Source: a virus. Taken from it: a stretch of DNA of 64,000 nt. Below, one piece after another: positions 25,905-36,826 of this stretch. Position 1 is the stretch's first letter; every line of letters begins with the position of its first letter. The notes under the pieces were generated by a model that saw only the letters and a list, made by a program, of their open reading frames with translations, had not been told where the DNA came from and ran no database searches. The position numbers and the translations under genes were made by a program. Location: positions 32,739-96,738 of IMG/VR virus record IMGVR_UViG_3300028028_000001; one strand, 5' to 3'.

Positions 25905-27580
25905 CCGACGCCAAGATCAGAATCACCGGTGAAGCCGACGTTACCCGTATGCGGGCGATGACGGATGAACTGCGCAAGTTGACGGATGGCGTCCGGAACT
26001 TCAATCGCGAATCGAAGACCAGCGGAGGCGGCGCGCCTGCTGGTGGCGATTGGGGCGCCTGGCAGGCGTATCACAAGGCGAATCCGATCCCCTGGGCGCC
26101 TGTGTCGGGGATGGCTGACGAGGAGGCCAGGGACCGCAGGACGGAGCGAGATGAAGAGCGGCGGGTTGCTCGCGAGGAGCGTCAACGATCGTCGAAGGAG
26201 AGCCGAGTCGGCGCTAAGGCGATGGCTGGCGCTCGGGCTGGCTACGGCTACGGTATGGCAGGCCTGGGGCTCCTGGGCCTCGGTGGTGGCGTTGGCGGCG
26301 TGATGTCCTGGCTCTTCCAGTCGGGCGAGGAGCACCTTCAGCAGAGCACGGCCATCAAGGTTCTTGAGCAGAGGTTTGGCTCACTGGCGACCGCAGGCGA
26401 CCGGGTGAAGTCCTCGTTCTGGGGCGCCGGGCACTCTCTCGGGTTCGTGAATTCTCAAATGGCCGGGCTTATGGAAGCCCTTGGCGCGCAGACGAACACG
26501 GTATCGAAAGAGGATTGGCAGCAGTTCGGCGGGTTTGCAAAGCACACTGGGATGGACCCAGGCGCGGCAATGGGATTACTTGGGCATTTGGAACGGTTGA
26601 CCCCAGGTGGTGTTACTGTGGTTGAGTTGGCCGGGCTCAAGCAGCAGGCCAACAAGCAGGGCATGGGTAGGGGGAGGCTCCCGGAGTTTCTTCAAAACTT
26701 CATGACCCTTGCTCAGGAGCAGTTCCAGGACACCGGAAAGTTCGACTTCTCGCCCGCTATGAACGTCTCGGCGATGCCTTCCTCGATGTTTTCGGGTGAG
26801 GCAGGGCGCGGCGAGATGGGTTTGAGTTTTGTCCAGAACATGAACCAGGCCATGACCGGATCGGACGCGGCGAAAACGTTTCTTCTTCGGTCGATGGGCT
26901 ACGGTCGCGAAGGTGGCCCCGACTACATGTCTGCGAAGGAGCGGCTTGAAGCCGGTATCCATGGGGAAGCCGGCGCTCAGAACCTGCTTGCGATGTCCGA
27001 GGGTATGCGCGGATGGGGCAAAGACCGAATCGCGCAGTCCATGGAAAAACTCAACCCGAACATGAAGATGTGGCAGATTCGGGGATTCGTCGAAACTATT
27101 TCGGACGACAAGAAATATGCGGAGTTCAAGAGGGCGCTTTCCGGGGATCGTACCTTTTCCGATTATGAGGAATACGTAGGCACCTTGAGTGAGGATCAGA
27201 GAAAAGCCTTTGAGGAAGAGGGCTATTTCGGTCTTGGCAAAAAGGCGCTTTCCGAAGGTGAATCGATGGCGGTTACCAAGGAAGCGCAGAAAGCCGAGCA
27301 AGGCGACACGATGGCCGATGTTCTCCGATCGCTGAATCGAACGCTGGAAAACCTGCGCGATTGGATGCAGAGCGCCACCGGGCAGACTTTGGCGAAGTCG
27401 GTGGAGAAGATGACTGATGCTATCGAGGGTTGGTCAGAGAAGTTTGAGAAGTACGCAAAGGGTGGGGAAATAAAGGATGCGCTCAAATACTACCTGGAAC
27501 CTGATGAAAAACCGCCACTGAAACCGGGTGAAAGGGGTTACGAGCGGCAGCAAGCAGAACGGGAACGGTACGGCCTATGA
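25901..27580 (+). CDS. tape measure protein
   Basis: 559 aa after G/GT pair; Gly-rich hydrophobic stretch GYGYGMAGLGLLGLGGGVGGV and helical remainder. Confidence 0.7.
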   Translation: MTDAKIRITGEADVTRMRAMTDELRKLTDGVRNFNRESKTSGGGAPAGGDWGAWQAYHKANPIPWAPVSGMADEEARDRRTERDEERRVAREERQRSSKESRVGAKAMAGARAGYGYGMAGLGLLGLGGGVGGVMSWLFQSGEEHLQQSTAIKVLEQRFGSLATAGDRVKSSFWGAGHSLGFVNSQMAGLMEALGAQTNTVSKEDWQQFGGFAKHTGMDPGAAMGLLGHLERLTPGGVTVVELAGLKQQANKQGMGRGRLPEFLQNFMTLAQEQFQDTGKFDFSPAMNVSAMPSSMFSGEAGRGEMGLSFVQNMNQAMTGSDAAKTFLLRSMGYGREGGPDYMSAKERLEAGIHGEAGAQNLLAMSEGMRGWGKDRIAQSMEKLNPNMKMWQIRGFVETISDDKKYAEFKRALSGDRTFSDYEEYVGTLSEDQRKAFEEEGYFGLGKKALSEGESMAVTKEAQKAEQGDTMADVLRSLNRTLENLRDWMQSATGQTLAKSVEKMTDAIEGWSEKFEKYAKGGEIKDALKYYLEPDEKPPLKPGERGYERQQAERERYGL

Positions 27581-29139
27581 CCACCATAATCCAGCAGCCC
27601 CAAAGAGGGCAACCAAGGGTCTATATCTGGGCAGGTGACACCGAAGCCGACAAGGTGGACGTTTCCGCCGACGTGATCGGGTTCGAGACATCCAAGAAAC
27701 TCGGCTCCCCTACAGGCTCCTTCACGCTAACGCTCATGCCGAGCGTTGGATCCGCACAGACTCCCGCCGACATGCGGAGAATCACGAAACTCTATAGGGC
27801 GAACCTGACGAATCGCGTTGTTTCCATCGGCTGGAAGTACGACGGCGGAATCATGCTCGGGCTGGTTTCCAACGTCGCGGAAAGCCACAACTTCGGCGGG
27901 TCCTACACGCGCACGCTGACTATCACCGGGCAGGACTTTGGTAAGGTGCTTGTGAACGACAACGTGGTTTCTGCGCTCATGAACCAACACGACGCGGGCT
28001 CTATCAAGTTCCTCGACAACGTGAAGGCGGCGCTCGGTCCAAGTACCTACGTTGGAGAGATGTACCTGAATGACCCACTTTCAAACGAACTCATCCCGAC
28101 TCTGGCATACGGGCTGAGCGAGGTTATCGACTGGATTCTTGCAATATCGCCGTCCATGACGATTCCGATCATGGGTAAAGTGTTCGGCGGGTCGGGCAAG
28201 GTGTCCGAGTACATTAACACCGCGAGTTACAGCTCCTTGGCCTGGAACGATGGCAAGATCTGGTCCACCGACGCGGCTACCTATTCGGGCAATATCTGGG
28301 GCTATATCCAGTCCATGATCGATCCAGACTTTTACGAAGTGGTGATCGATAGTTACCCACTTGCGACCAACCATACCGCGCTGAATGGACTTGCGCAGGT
28401 TTACCTCATGGTTCGCCCCAAACCCTTCGACGAGAAGATTCTTGAGTGGGCCTCGGTAGACGAGCAGACCGGGATGACGTGGGAAGACCTCAAGACCAAA
28501 ACGAACGAGAGCAACCACGATATCGACCTTTCCGAGATGATCTCAGCGCAGTTCTCCTATGGGGATTCGGGCGCGATTTCGTCCTATGTGGTGACCTCGC
28601 CCTATACCGTGTTCGGCGCCTCCGACGGCTCGCTTCTTGGGATGCAATTCCCACTTCTGGACACCTATATCGCGAAAAGGTACGGTATCAAGTCCATGAA
28701 GTCCCGGCTTACCATGCTCGGACTCGACCCAAACGTGAAGTCCGATCCTGCGGCGATAACGGACTTTATCCACCGCCTGTTCAACTGGTATCGGTATGCC
28801 CCGTTCTTTGAGAACGCCACGATAACGATCGCGGGTGGAACGCCGCTTGAGGGGGCGACTCCGACAAGCCGCGAGCTGATCCGGGTCGGCGATCCTGTTC
28901 GGCTTCCGTGGCGAAAGGCTCCCTATTCGGTCCCCTACATGTCGGAGGATGGCATGCGCTACTACTGCACAGGCGTCTCGCAATCCTGGCGATCCTCACC
29001 TGGGCGCACGGGCATCCTGACGACTCGCCTGGACCTTACCCGAGGGCACAACGCTTCGATGATCGCGGCTCTTGACGAGATGGTCCGCAAGGATGCGCCC
29101 GTCTCAAATCCCGCCCACTTCGCCGATTCCCTGGGGTAA
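27577..29139 (+). CDS. baseplate hub-like / distal tail protein candidate
   Basis: ATGA-coupled to tape measure; IMLGLVSNV...TLTITGQDFGKVL loosely like gpD/gp44/XkdQ-type hub proteins; weak. Confidence 0.4.
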   Translation: MTTIIQQPQRGQPRVYIWAGDTEADKVDVSADVIGFETSKKLGSPTGSFTLTLMPSVGSAQTPADMRRITKLYRANLTNRVVSIGWKYDGGIMLGLVSNVAESHNFGGSYTRTLTITGQDFGKVLVNDNVVSALMNQHDAGSIKFLDNVKAALGPSTYVGEMYLNDPLSNELIPTLAYGLSEVIDWILAISPSMTIPIMGKVFGGSGKVSEYINTASYSSLAWNDGKIWSTDAATYSGNIWGYIQSMIDPDFYEVVIDSYPLATNHTALNGLAQVYLMVRPKPFDEKILEWASVDEQTGMTWEDLKTKTNESNHDIDLSEMISAQFSYGDSGAISSYVVTSPYTVFGASDGSLLGMQFPLLDTYIAKRYGIKSMKSRLTMLGLDPNVKSDPAAITDFIHRLFNWYRYAPFFENATITIAGGTPLEGATPTSRELIRVGDPVRLPWRKAPYSVPYMSEDGMRYYCTGVSQSWRSSPGRTGILTTRLDLTRGHNASMIAALDEMVRKDAPVSNPAHFADSLG

Positions 29140-29141
29140 CC

Positions 29142-29930
29142 GTGGAACCTGACCGACACAGTACTTATCCGGTTGGGCCTCGCCTTGCGTGGTTCGTCAA
29201 GCAGGATGGGAAATACTTCCTCCAGGACGAGCACGGGAACAAGTTCAGGAACCTGGACCGTATCCTGATCGTTCAGGGCTCGTTTGGCTTCGACTTTGAG
29301 GGCCAGGAGAAACTCCCCCGGCCGCAGATTCGGGATCCCCTTGGGAAGGTCCTTGTCCAGGGTGACGCGCTCATCCTCGACTTTCGGAACGGGGACGATC
29401 GTTGTCCGATCGTTCGCGGTGGCGTCCGCTCCTATGATACCGGCGACGGGCAGTTGGCGCGCAACTTTGAGAACATGGCGCGGGGATATAACCGCTACAA
29501 GTTCCGGCTCTATCCGCAGGACGAGACCGGGCTGAAACTCGGAGAGGTCCGGTTCTACTGCTGCGACAATTACAAGAACGAGGCGGATTGGGGCCTTGTT
29601 GATTTCTACGTCTCGAACAGCGTGGACGGGGTGATCGAAACGGCGCTGAATGTCCAGGTCGGGCCGGTTCTTGGGTCTCATAACCTGTTCTTCATGAGTC
29701 CGTCGCAGGCTGGTTTTACGGTTTCGGGTGGGTCGGATCCGGTTATCAAGCAGCCCTTTGAAGACGACTTGAAGACGTGGCTTAACGGACTCACGACGTT
29801 TCTGGCGTCCATTGCTGCGGCGCCGCCCCCGATCGCTGCTGCCGTCGCTGCCTTCCAGCCGATCCATGCGGCGTTTCTGGCAACCGTCAACGCGGGAACC
29901 CACCTCACCACGGTCTTCAAAACGGAGTAG
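29142..29930 (+). CDS. baseplate spike / gpV-like OB-fold candidate
   Basis: GTG start; VQGDALILDFRNGDDRCPIVRGG resembles gpV/gp45 N-terminal OB pattern; weak. Confidence 0.35.
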   Translation: MEPDRHSTYPVGPRLAWFVKQDGKYFLQDEHGNKFRNLDRILIVQGSFGFDFEGQEKLPRPQIRDPLGKVLVQGDALILDFRNGDDRCPIVRGGVRSYDTGDGQLARNFENMARGYNRYKFRLYPQDETGLKLGEVRFYCCDNYKNEADWGLVDFYVSNSVDGVIETALNVQVGPVLGSHNLFFMSPSQAGFTVSGGSDPVIKQPFEDDLKTWLNGLTTFLASIAAAPPPIAAAVAAFQPIHAAFLATVNAGTHLTTVFKTE

Positions 29931-29933
29931 CCC

Positions 29934-31586
29934 ATGATCGGCGTTAACGGCGGGCATCAACTGAACATCCTGATCTTCGAGGTCGGCATGATTCAGACGA
30001 TTCAGGCGCTCGGGATTGACCTCAAGGTGGTCTCGACCGTTTCTGTTCATCCGCTCCTTGTGGCTCCAACCTCGATCCGCTACACGGATGCAACCCGATC
30101 CTCGTTCAACCAGACTGCCGGTGGGACCGTGCTCACGCCCGGCGGGCGGGCTCTCCGAAACGTCACGCTTGAGGGCACGTTCGGGTCAGAATCGCGGGGG
30201 CTTGGCCCCTACATCGGCAACGGAGCGATCCGCTTTACCCGGTTTTACAAGGAAGTCGTCCGTATGGGTGAGGCGCTAACCCAAGACGAAGTGGACGATA
30301 ACGTGGATTGGCTCAATGGAACGCCGTTTATCAAGCTGTTCCTGACGACCTACGATGATGCGAATACAAACTTCTTCATCAACTTCTATGACTTCTGGCA
30401 CGATCGCGCTTTCCAGTGTTTGGTCCAGCGCTTTGACCACGATCGCGCGTTCATGAAGGGCGGCGCGGTCGGTCTGACGCACTACACGATGTCGCTTCAA
30501 GAAATCGGGCCTATTGTGGAAGGTGGGCTTGGGGAGTCCATCATTTCGCTTCTGATGGACGGGTTGACGCTCTGGAACGATATCAACAACGTGATCGATA
30601 GTTACGACCTCGCTACGATCATCGAGGCCTTCACCGGACCCGTTGCCATCGCTCTTTCGATGGCCGAGGGCACCCTGGAGGCCATCCGGAGCAACCTGGA
30701 CGCGGCGACGGCTCTCTTCGGATCCTCCCTGCCGCCCGAGTCGGCACTTCCGTCGGCGCTTTCCTCGTTCGGTGCGGAGTGTGAATCGTTGGCATCCTCC
30801 ATGGAGGCAATCTCTGGAACAGTGGAGGCCTCGGCGCCTGCTCCTGCAGCGCCTGCTACCACGATGTCCTGGGATGACCCGCGAGCGCTCGACCTGGACG
30901 CCTGGGATACCGTGGCGTCCATGCGCGACCTGGCCGACGCTGCACGTTTCCAACTCTGCGCTGGCCTGTTCTTCGGGATGTCGCTCACCGACTATCAGAA
31001 CTTCCTGGCTTCGTCCGGAGACGCATCCTGGCGGGGTCCGGAGTTTGGGGGCTCCATCGACTACATTGTGGGCGAGTACGACACCGCAGGAGCCATCGAG
31101 GCGCGCTTCGGGGTAGACTGGCAACGCGTGCTTGCCTTCAATGGCCTGACGCCTCTGGAGGCCCTTACCGAGGGCACCAGGATCCGGATCCCGGTGCGCC
31201 GCTACTACGGAACCCAGGGACGGAATGCGATCCCCGTGCTCGACTCGCACGCTGGGGAAGCCGCCTGGGGTCGTGACGTGGCGATGGAGATCGGCGTTGA
31301 TGCACTTGGGGATCTCCTGCTCGTCGAAGGGGAGGATTGCCTCACCCAGGGCGTGCAAGTCCTTTCCGAAGAACTGGCCACCAGTCTGATCAAGCCGCTA
31401 CAGTCGATCCCCGAAAGCGTGCGGGGTTCCTGGCTTACCAAGAAGATTAGCGCCGCCATGAAGTCCGATCCCCGCATCTCCTCTGTGGTGTCGGTGACCA
31501 CGGAAGAAAGTGATCGAGGTATAGCCCTCCGCGTGGTGGCCCAGGCCATCAACGGTTCTACGATCCGCACCGGAGTCCGTGTCTAA
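29934..31586 (+). CDS. baseplate protein with LysM domain
   Basis: YIVGEYDTAGAIEARFGVDWQRVLAFNGLTPLEALTEGTRIRIP (nt ~31059-31196) fits the LysM pattern. Confidence 0.55.
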   Translation: MIGVNGGHQLNILIFEVGMIQTIQALGIDLKVVSTVSVHPLLVAPTSIRYTDATRSSFNQTAGGTVLTPGGRALRNVTLEGTFGSESRGLGPYIGNGAIRFTRFYKEVVRMGEALTQDEVDDNVDWLNGTPFIKLFLTTYDDANTNFFINFYDFWHDRAFQCLVQRFDHDRAFMKGGAVGLTHYTMSLQEIGPIVEGGLGESIISLLMDGLTLWNDINNVIDSYDLATIIEAFTGPVAIALSMAEGTLEAIRSNLDAATALFGSSLPPESALPSALSSFGAECESLASSMEAISGTVEASAPAPAAPATTMSWDDPRALDLDAWDTVASMRDLADAARFQLCAGLFFGMSLTDYQNFLASSGDASWRGPEFGGSIDYIVGEYDTAGAIEARFGVDWQRVLAFNGLTPLEALTEGTRIRIPVRRYYGTQGRNAIPVLDSHAGEAAWGRDVAMEIGVDALGDLLLVEGEDCLTQGVQVLSEELATSLIKPLQSIPESVRGSWLTKKISAAMKSDPRISSVVSVTTEESDRGIALRVVAQAINGSTIRTGVRV

Positions 31587-32932
31587 TGGCCACCCCCCGC
31601 TCACGAACAGACCTTGCCCGAGAATGGATCCGCCGACTCGTCGGCTATTCCCCCTCGGTCTCCTGGTTCGGGTCGGGTGGCGTGGCTCTGGCATTCTCGA
31701 AGGCCACCGGGGACCTTGCCGAGATCGCCCAGGACCTCTTCGTCTCGATGCGCAGGCGCTTGACGCTCCTGGCATCTTCGGAATCGGACCTGGATGATAT
31801 CGCCCAGGAACTCGGCACGGCGCGACTCACGGACGCACGGGCGCACGTTTACGCCGTGGTGGTTCCCTGGTCCGCTTCCGTTGTCGCGGTCGTGAGCGCG
31901 GGGAATGACTTCCTTCAAGTGGATGACGCCAGCAGGTTCCTCGCTCTTGACTCCCTTCGGATCCGGGGATCCTCGGGAACGTCCGAGGCGCTTGTCGTGA
32001 TCGCCATCGTCGGAAACGTGATCGAGTGCTTGCCTCTTACTGGTACCTACAACCCGCTGACGGAAGGTGTCTCGGTCCTGCTGCGGACTACGATCCCGGT
32101 TGGATCCACGATCGTCTCGCAGGCCGGTGTTTCATTTCAGACTCTGGCGACCGTGATTGCTGGTGACGCAAACCCACTTTTTGACGGTGAAGCCGCGTTC
32201 GTAGCGCTCGCCGACAAGGTGGATTGTGAATGCTCGGTCGCTGGTGCGGCGGGCAACATCGAGCCGGACTCCCTGGATTCCATCACCGGAGCCCCACGAA
32301 TCGCCCGGGTCTACAACCCTGAAGGCGGCTATGGCGGCGACTCTGAACAGGACGCTCAACTCAAATACCGGGCCTCCCATCGTGCGACACTGGCGAATCA
32401 GGAGACCTCGGCGTGGTTGTTCGCCCTTGCCCGCGAGGGCAACCCGAACACTCTCCGGGCCATCAAGGACACGACAACGGCGCTTTCCACATTGAAGTTT
32501 CGGCTTCTGAAAAGAACGGGAGCATCCTTTTCGGCTGCTGAACTCACCGAGTTGAAAGCCTACATGGAGGCCCGCTTTCGGTCGCAGTATCAAGCCGATA
32601 TTGGCAATGTGACCCTGACGGCCATCACAGTTGAGGCGCGGGTGAAGATGTCCTCGGGCGCCAGTTTCCAGACCTCCTGGCGCGCTGCTGCTTCGGGAAT
32701 GGCGGCCTATCTCGACTATCGGGTCTGGGCCTTTGGGGGGACCGTTGACAACTCCGAGCTTCTTCAAATCCTCCAGAACACGGCGGGCATTGCGAGCGTT
32801 GAAACAGCATCTTTTCTTCCTGCTGTTCCGGTTCCAGTTTCCGCGCTGTCCCTCCCGGTACTGGTCTACTTCGCGATCGAGGATCAAGACACGGGTGAGA
32901 CGTTCGGCGGGAATCTTGCGGTGAGTTTCTGA
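31586..32932 (+). CDS. baseplate J-like protein
   Basis: GNIEPDSLDSI...NPEGGYGGDSEQDAQLKYR resembles gpJ/gp47 family signature. Confidence 0.6.
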   Translation: MATPRSRTDLAREWIRRLVGYSPSVSWFGSGGVALAFSKATGDLAEIAQDLFVSMRRRLTLLASSESDLDDIAQELGTARLTDARAHVYAVVVPWSASVVAVVSAGNDFLQVDDASRFLALDSLRIRGSSGTSEALVVIAIVGNVIECLPLTGTYNPLTEGVSVLLRTTIPVGSTIVSQAGVSFQTLATVIAGDANPLFDGEAAFVALADKVDCECSVAGAAGNIEPDSLDSITGAPRIARVYNPEGGYGGDSEQDAQLKYRASHRATLANQETSAWLFALAREGNPNTLRAIKDTTTALSTLKFRLLKRTGASFSAAELTELKAYMEARFRSQYQADIGNVTLTAITVEARVKMSSGASFQTSWRAAASGMAAYLDYRVWAFGGTVDNSELLQILQNTAGIASVETASFLPAVPVPVSALSLPVLVYFAIEDQDTGETFGGNLAVSF

Positions 32933-34920
32933 TGGATAAGCGCCTGATCTGGTGGCACTCCGATAGCGGGGTTCTTCCGACGGCGTGGACCGTGGTGGGC
33001 GGTGGCGCGCTTCAACTCCCGGAGTCCGGCGGGCTGCTGGTGGAAGACGTTTCCGCGGTTGATCCGCTCTACTGCATGATCCAGGTGTTTGAATCTGACA
33101 CGGGCGCCGGACCTGTGCGCGACCAGGACACGATCGAGGTTCAGATCCGCTGTCAGGGGCAGGCCAACACCGCTGGATGGGCATCCGGGGCCTCTGGTAT
33201 CGGCGTGGCCATCTCCGACGGGTCAAGGGTATGCCTGTTCTCGTTCGGCGATCGCCTGCGCTTCGTGAACCCTGCAACGGGCGCAATCTACTACACCGAT
33301 CCGCGACCGTTTCCCTGGCTCGGGTGGAACACGATCAAGATTACGAAACGCGCCTCCGAGGCCTGGGTGGTCGAAATGAACGGGCACCTCCATATCGTGA
33401 TCCCCTACCTGCTCGCTACGGCTCTGGTGACACCTCCTGCATACGTCGCCTTCGGGTGCTTCGACCCTACTGGAACGGCTACGGCTACGTTCGAGCAGCC
33501 CGAGGTTGGCCTGAACATGGCGCTGCCCTCTCAGGGGCTTGTGGAGCGGCTTCATTCGCTCTTCCCTGTCGCAGTCCGGGAAAGGTGGACCGACGTAGGC
33601 CGAGGCCTCCTGCGCGCTTCTGTGGGCGTTTTCCAGCAAGGGTATGAGGCGATTCAAGGCGCGTGGAGAGACATGACCTCCGCTGCTGAGACCGCTGGGC
33701 TACCCTACTCCTTCACCGGAAAGGTTCTCCCGAATCGCGAGGCTCCGGCGTGGACCCTGACGAATCCGGGGCAGATATCGATCGTGCGAGAGCGGGTCAG
33801 AATCCAGGGGGTTGGCGCGGCGGCCAGCGCTACGGCGTTCTGGGACGCCACCATGCCGACGGTTTCAGACTACGAGCACATTCTCGGCGCTCGGGTAGAT
33901 TCCTGGGAAGCGCTGCCTCCGACGGTGGACGCATGGGGCCGGGTTGGTCCCTACCTCCAGATTGACGACATGAATCGTTCAATAACGGCGCACTTGATCG
34001 AAGACTCCGGCGCGTGGTTCTGGGTTCTGACCGACGACACGATCGGCGGCGGTGCCTTCACAGAGATCGGGCGAAGGTGGCAAGTCGGCAGGTTTGTCTC
34101 CCATACCGTCGATGTCCGAATGTTCGGGCGCGACGTGGTGGTGCTCATGGTCAACGGGCAGATCGTTGACCGGGTGAGTTATTCCTCGTTCCCGCTTTCA
34201 ATGGGACCTTTCCCGTTCGGTGTGATCGGGGTTACCTCGGCGCTCGGGTACTTCGACTTTTCGCACGCTACGGCTGTTCGCCGGTTGTGCGATTTGACCC
34301 AGCGGATCGGGTTGATCTCCAGGTGTCAAGAGCGCCTGATTGCTCCAGGCGGCTGTGAGCGAAACGACGAGTTGGAAGTCTGGAAACGCGCCCAGCCGTG
34401 CGTGAACGAGCTCCGGGGAACGACTCGCGGAATGGAGATCGAGATCGCGCGGTTGGCGTGCTGTGGGACGGACGTGGTGGTCGAGCAGACCCGCGTTGAA
34501 TGGTTCCTCGATGTGACATGGCCCGACATTACGCCAATATACTTGGATGCAGCGGGGTTATTCTCCGATGTATTTACCGAGGTATGCGACGGGCCCTCCG
34601 CTTGGGATCCGAACGAGCTTGCGAGGTATGCAGCAACGTACCTTGTTCCTCTTTCCATTCTCGAACTGACTTACTCGATCTGCCTCTCTACGGCGCTGAC
34701 AGGCCCAAACGTGACCATCCCGACCGAAACGCTGCTTCCTGTAACCTCTGTCTCCGGCTTCGGTGTCGGCGATGTGGTTCAGGTACGAACGGCGACCGGG
34801 ACAAGCCACGAAGACGCCTCGATAACTTCGATCGTTGGCCTGAATGTCATCGTTCAACCTCCTCTTGTCGGGGCTTACGTCGCAGGATCCTTGCTTCGTA
34901 AAGTCCTAACCACGACGTGA
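32932..34920 (+). CDS. baseplate/tail-fibre-module protein
   Basis: 662-aa ORF, TGATG junction with baseplate J. Confidence 0.5.
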   Translation: MDKRLIWWHSDSGVLPTAWTVVGGGALQLPESGGLLVEDVSAVDPLYCMIQVFESDTGAGPVRDQDTIEVQIRCQGQANTAGWASGASGIGVAISDGSRVCLFSFGDRLRFVNPATGAIYYTDPRPFPWLGWNTIKITKRASEAWVVEMNGHLHIVIPYLLATALVTPPAYVAFGCFDPTGTATATFEQPEVGLNMALPSQGLVERLHSLFPVAVRERWTDVGRGLLRASVGVFQQGYEAIQGAWRDMTSAAETAGLPYSFTGKVLPNREAPAWTLTNPGQISIVRERVRIQGVGAAASATAFWDATMPTVSDYEHILGARVDSWEALPPTVDAWGRVGPYLQIDDMNRSITAHLIEDSGAWFWVLTDDTIGGGAFTEIGRRWQVGRFVSHTVDVRMFGRDVVVLMVNGQIVDRVSYSSFPLSMGPFPFGVIGVTSALGYFDFSHATAVRRLCDLTQRIGLISRCQERLIAPGGCERNDELEVWKRAQPCVNELRGTTRGMEIEIARLACCGTDVVVEQTRVEWFLDVTWPDITPIYLDAAGLFSDVFTEVCDGPSAWDPNELARYAATYLVPLSILELTYSICLSTALTGPNVTIPTETLLPVTSVSGFGVGDVVQVRTATGTSHEDASITSIVGLNVIVQPPLVGAYVAGSLLRKVLTTT

Positions 34921-34924
34921 GCCC

Positions 34925-36826
34925 ATGCCAGGAATCCCGACTTCTCAAGGCCTGCGCTACCTGCTGAACCTTCGGATCGGCGTGGACGAGTTGCAGTGGT
35001 GGCAGAAGGAAGAGGTCGAGCAGCGCCGGCTGGCCGTTCGCGCGATGACTCGCAACTTCGGCCTTGTCGTGTCGAACAAGTGCGACGGCTCGGCGGATTC
35101 GCAGTGGCTCGTTGATGACGCTCCGGCAGGCACCGACGGCGTTCTCTACCTGACGACTTCGACCGATAGCGCGCTCCCCGGGCAGGGTCCCGAGTCCGCG
35201 ATCCTCGTCACAGATGACGGGGACGCGGTGGAGTTTGAAGGGCCTGACGGTGGGGCGATTCCCAACGTGATCGTGCCTGGCGATGCAACGTGGTACACGC
35301 TCGTCGCCCGGGCGTCGAGCACTTACGAGGGGCCCGGCACGATTCAACTCTTTGCAGGCGCTGGAAACGTTGTAGGTATCGACACGGTTTTTACGCGGTA
35401 TATCGGCGCAACGGATGGCGGTACGGGACGTGGAACCCTCCTGCGCGTTTCTGGCTCGGCGTTAGGAAACGATGGCGACTACACGATCGAGACGATCGTG
35501 GATGGCTTGACCGCCACGGTTTCCCCTGTGGCTATTGCAAACGAATCCGGGCTTACCTACACTCCGATCGGCACGTTTCTGGGCGCGACTCCTGCAAACC
35601 CGGAACTGCACGAACGCAAGCGTATTGTGTTTGCCTTGGTGGCCAGGACTCGGGAACCTGCCGCAGGGGATTACGTTGTCGCCGACGTGATGCGTGGGAT
35701 TGGCGTTCACCCGATCACCGTCATCGACCGACGCGAGCGCAACATCTGGCGACCTTCGTTGGGTGGGGAGCATCACTGCTGCACCGCTTTTCCGATGTTG
35801 GGTTATGACACCGGAGCGGCTACGTGGGGCCCTGTTGTCGAGACAATTATGGCAAATGCTGGGCTCACGTCGTTGACAACCTCAAGCGGGATCGGATTGC
35901 TTGCCGCAGTTCAGGACATCGTGGCGGGCGATATTGTAGCGATGGAGTACGACGCCGCAACATCAACTTGGCAGAACCCAGGCGGGGGCGCTGCGGTTAC
36001 CATTGCAGCAGGAGCGGACGACCCAGCGATCATCGAAGTACCGGCCTCGTGTGGATTCACCCATATCTGCTTCTACGTTGATGGCGGCGCTCTTTATATG
36101 GCGAGGTCCACGGACAAGGGTCTGACCTTCGCTGCTGGTGGGTTGATCTGGAACCCCCCAGCGGTTGATGCTGCTGACTACATCGAGAGACCCGCTGCGA
36201 TCTTGTTGAAGAACCATCGGATCATCGTTCTTTGCTCGTATTACGACGACTCCGTGTCCCATAAACTGATCAAGTACGTGTATTCAGATACCTACTCAGC
36301 GACCTGGGTTACCAACGCAAACGTCGGTTATACCTGGGTCAACTCGTTTACCTTGGCCCCTCCTGCCACGTATGACACAACGGACCCCGCCATTTGGCAG
36401 TCGGACAGCGGACGGATTGAGACCTGCTGGCAGGAGACCGGTCCAGGAGGGGCTATTCGGATCCGTCATGCCGAGTCTCTTCGCGCTGGAGAACTTTACA
36501 GTGCGTCCATGATCAACCGTGGGTATGCAATAGCTGATCATTCTCAGGACCAGTACAGCCCTTGTTGTTTTGCAGACGACGATGGTAGTACGATTGTCGT
36601 TTACGAGCAAGATGCAGGGTTAAACGCAGATTTGCAAGTGTCAACTGTAGGCGGCACCTCAGTAATAGATGACAGCATTATTGTTCGTGGCGTGCTTTCG
36701 GTCAAACCATACGCATTACAACCCATTGGCTCCAGTCTTATCACGCTTTACCGTGTTGTGAATACCATTTATTCAATCCGTCTTCAACTCAACCGCGCCC
36801 AAAGAAACAAACTCACGAGGTTCTAA
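34925..36826 (+). CDS. tail fibre / receptor-binding candidate with BNR (Asp-box) repeats
   Basis: STDKGLTF (S-x-D-x-G-x-T-F, ~36105-36128), SDTYSATW, QSDSGRIETCW; AT-richer 3' end. Confidence 0.5.
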   Translation: MPGIPTSQGLRYLLNLRIGVDELQWWQKEEVEQRRLAVRAMTRNFGLVVSNKCDGSADSQWLVDDAPAGTDGVLYLTTSTDSALPGQGPESAILVTDDGDAVEFEGPDGGAIPNVIVPGDATWYTLVARASSTYEGPGTIQLFAGAGNVVGIDTVFTRYIGATDGGTGRGTLLRVSGSALGNDGDYTIETIVDGLTATVSPVAIANESGLTYTPIGTFLGATPANPELHERKRIVFALVARTREPAAGDYVVADVMRGIGVHPITVIDRRERNIWRPSLGGEHHCCTAFPMLGYDTGAATWGPVVETIMANAGLTSLTTSSGIGLLAAVQDIVAGDIVAMEYDAATSTWQNPGGGAAVTIAAGADDPAIIEVPASCGFTHICFYVDGGALYMARSTDKGLTFAAGGLIWNPPAVDAADYIERPAAILLKNHRIIVLCSYYDDSVSHKLIKYVYSDTYSATWVTNANVGYTWVNSFTLAPPATYDTTDPAIWQSDSGRIETCWQETGPGGAIRIRHAESLRAGELYSASMINRGYAIADHSQDQYSPCCFADDDGSTIVVYEQDAGLNADLQVSTVGGTSVIDDSIIVRGVLSVKPYALQPIGSSLITLYRVVNTIYSIRLQLNRAQRNKLTRF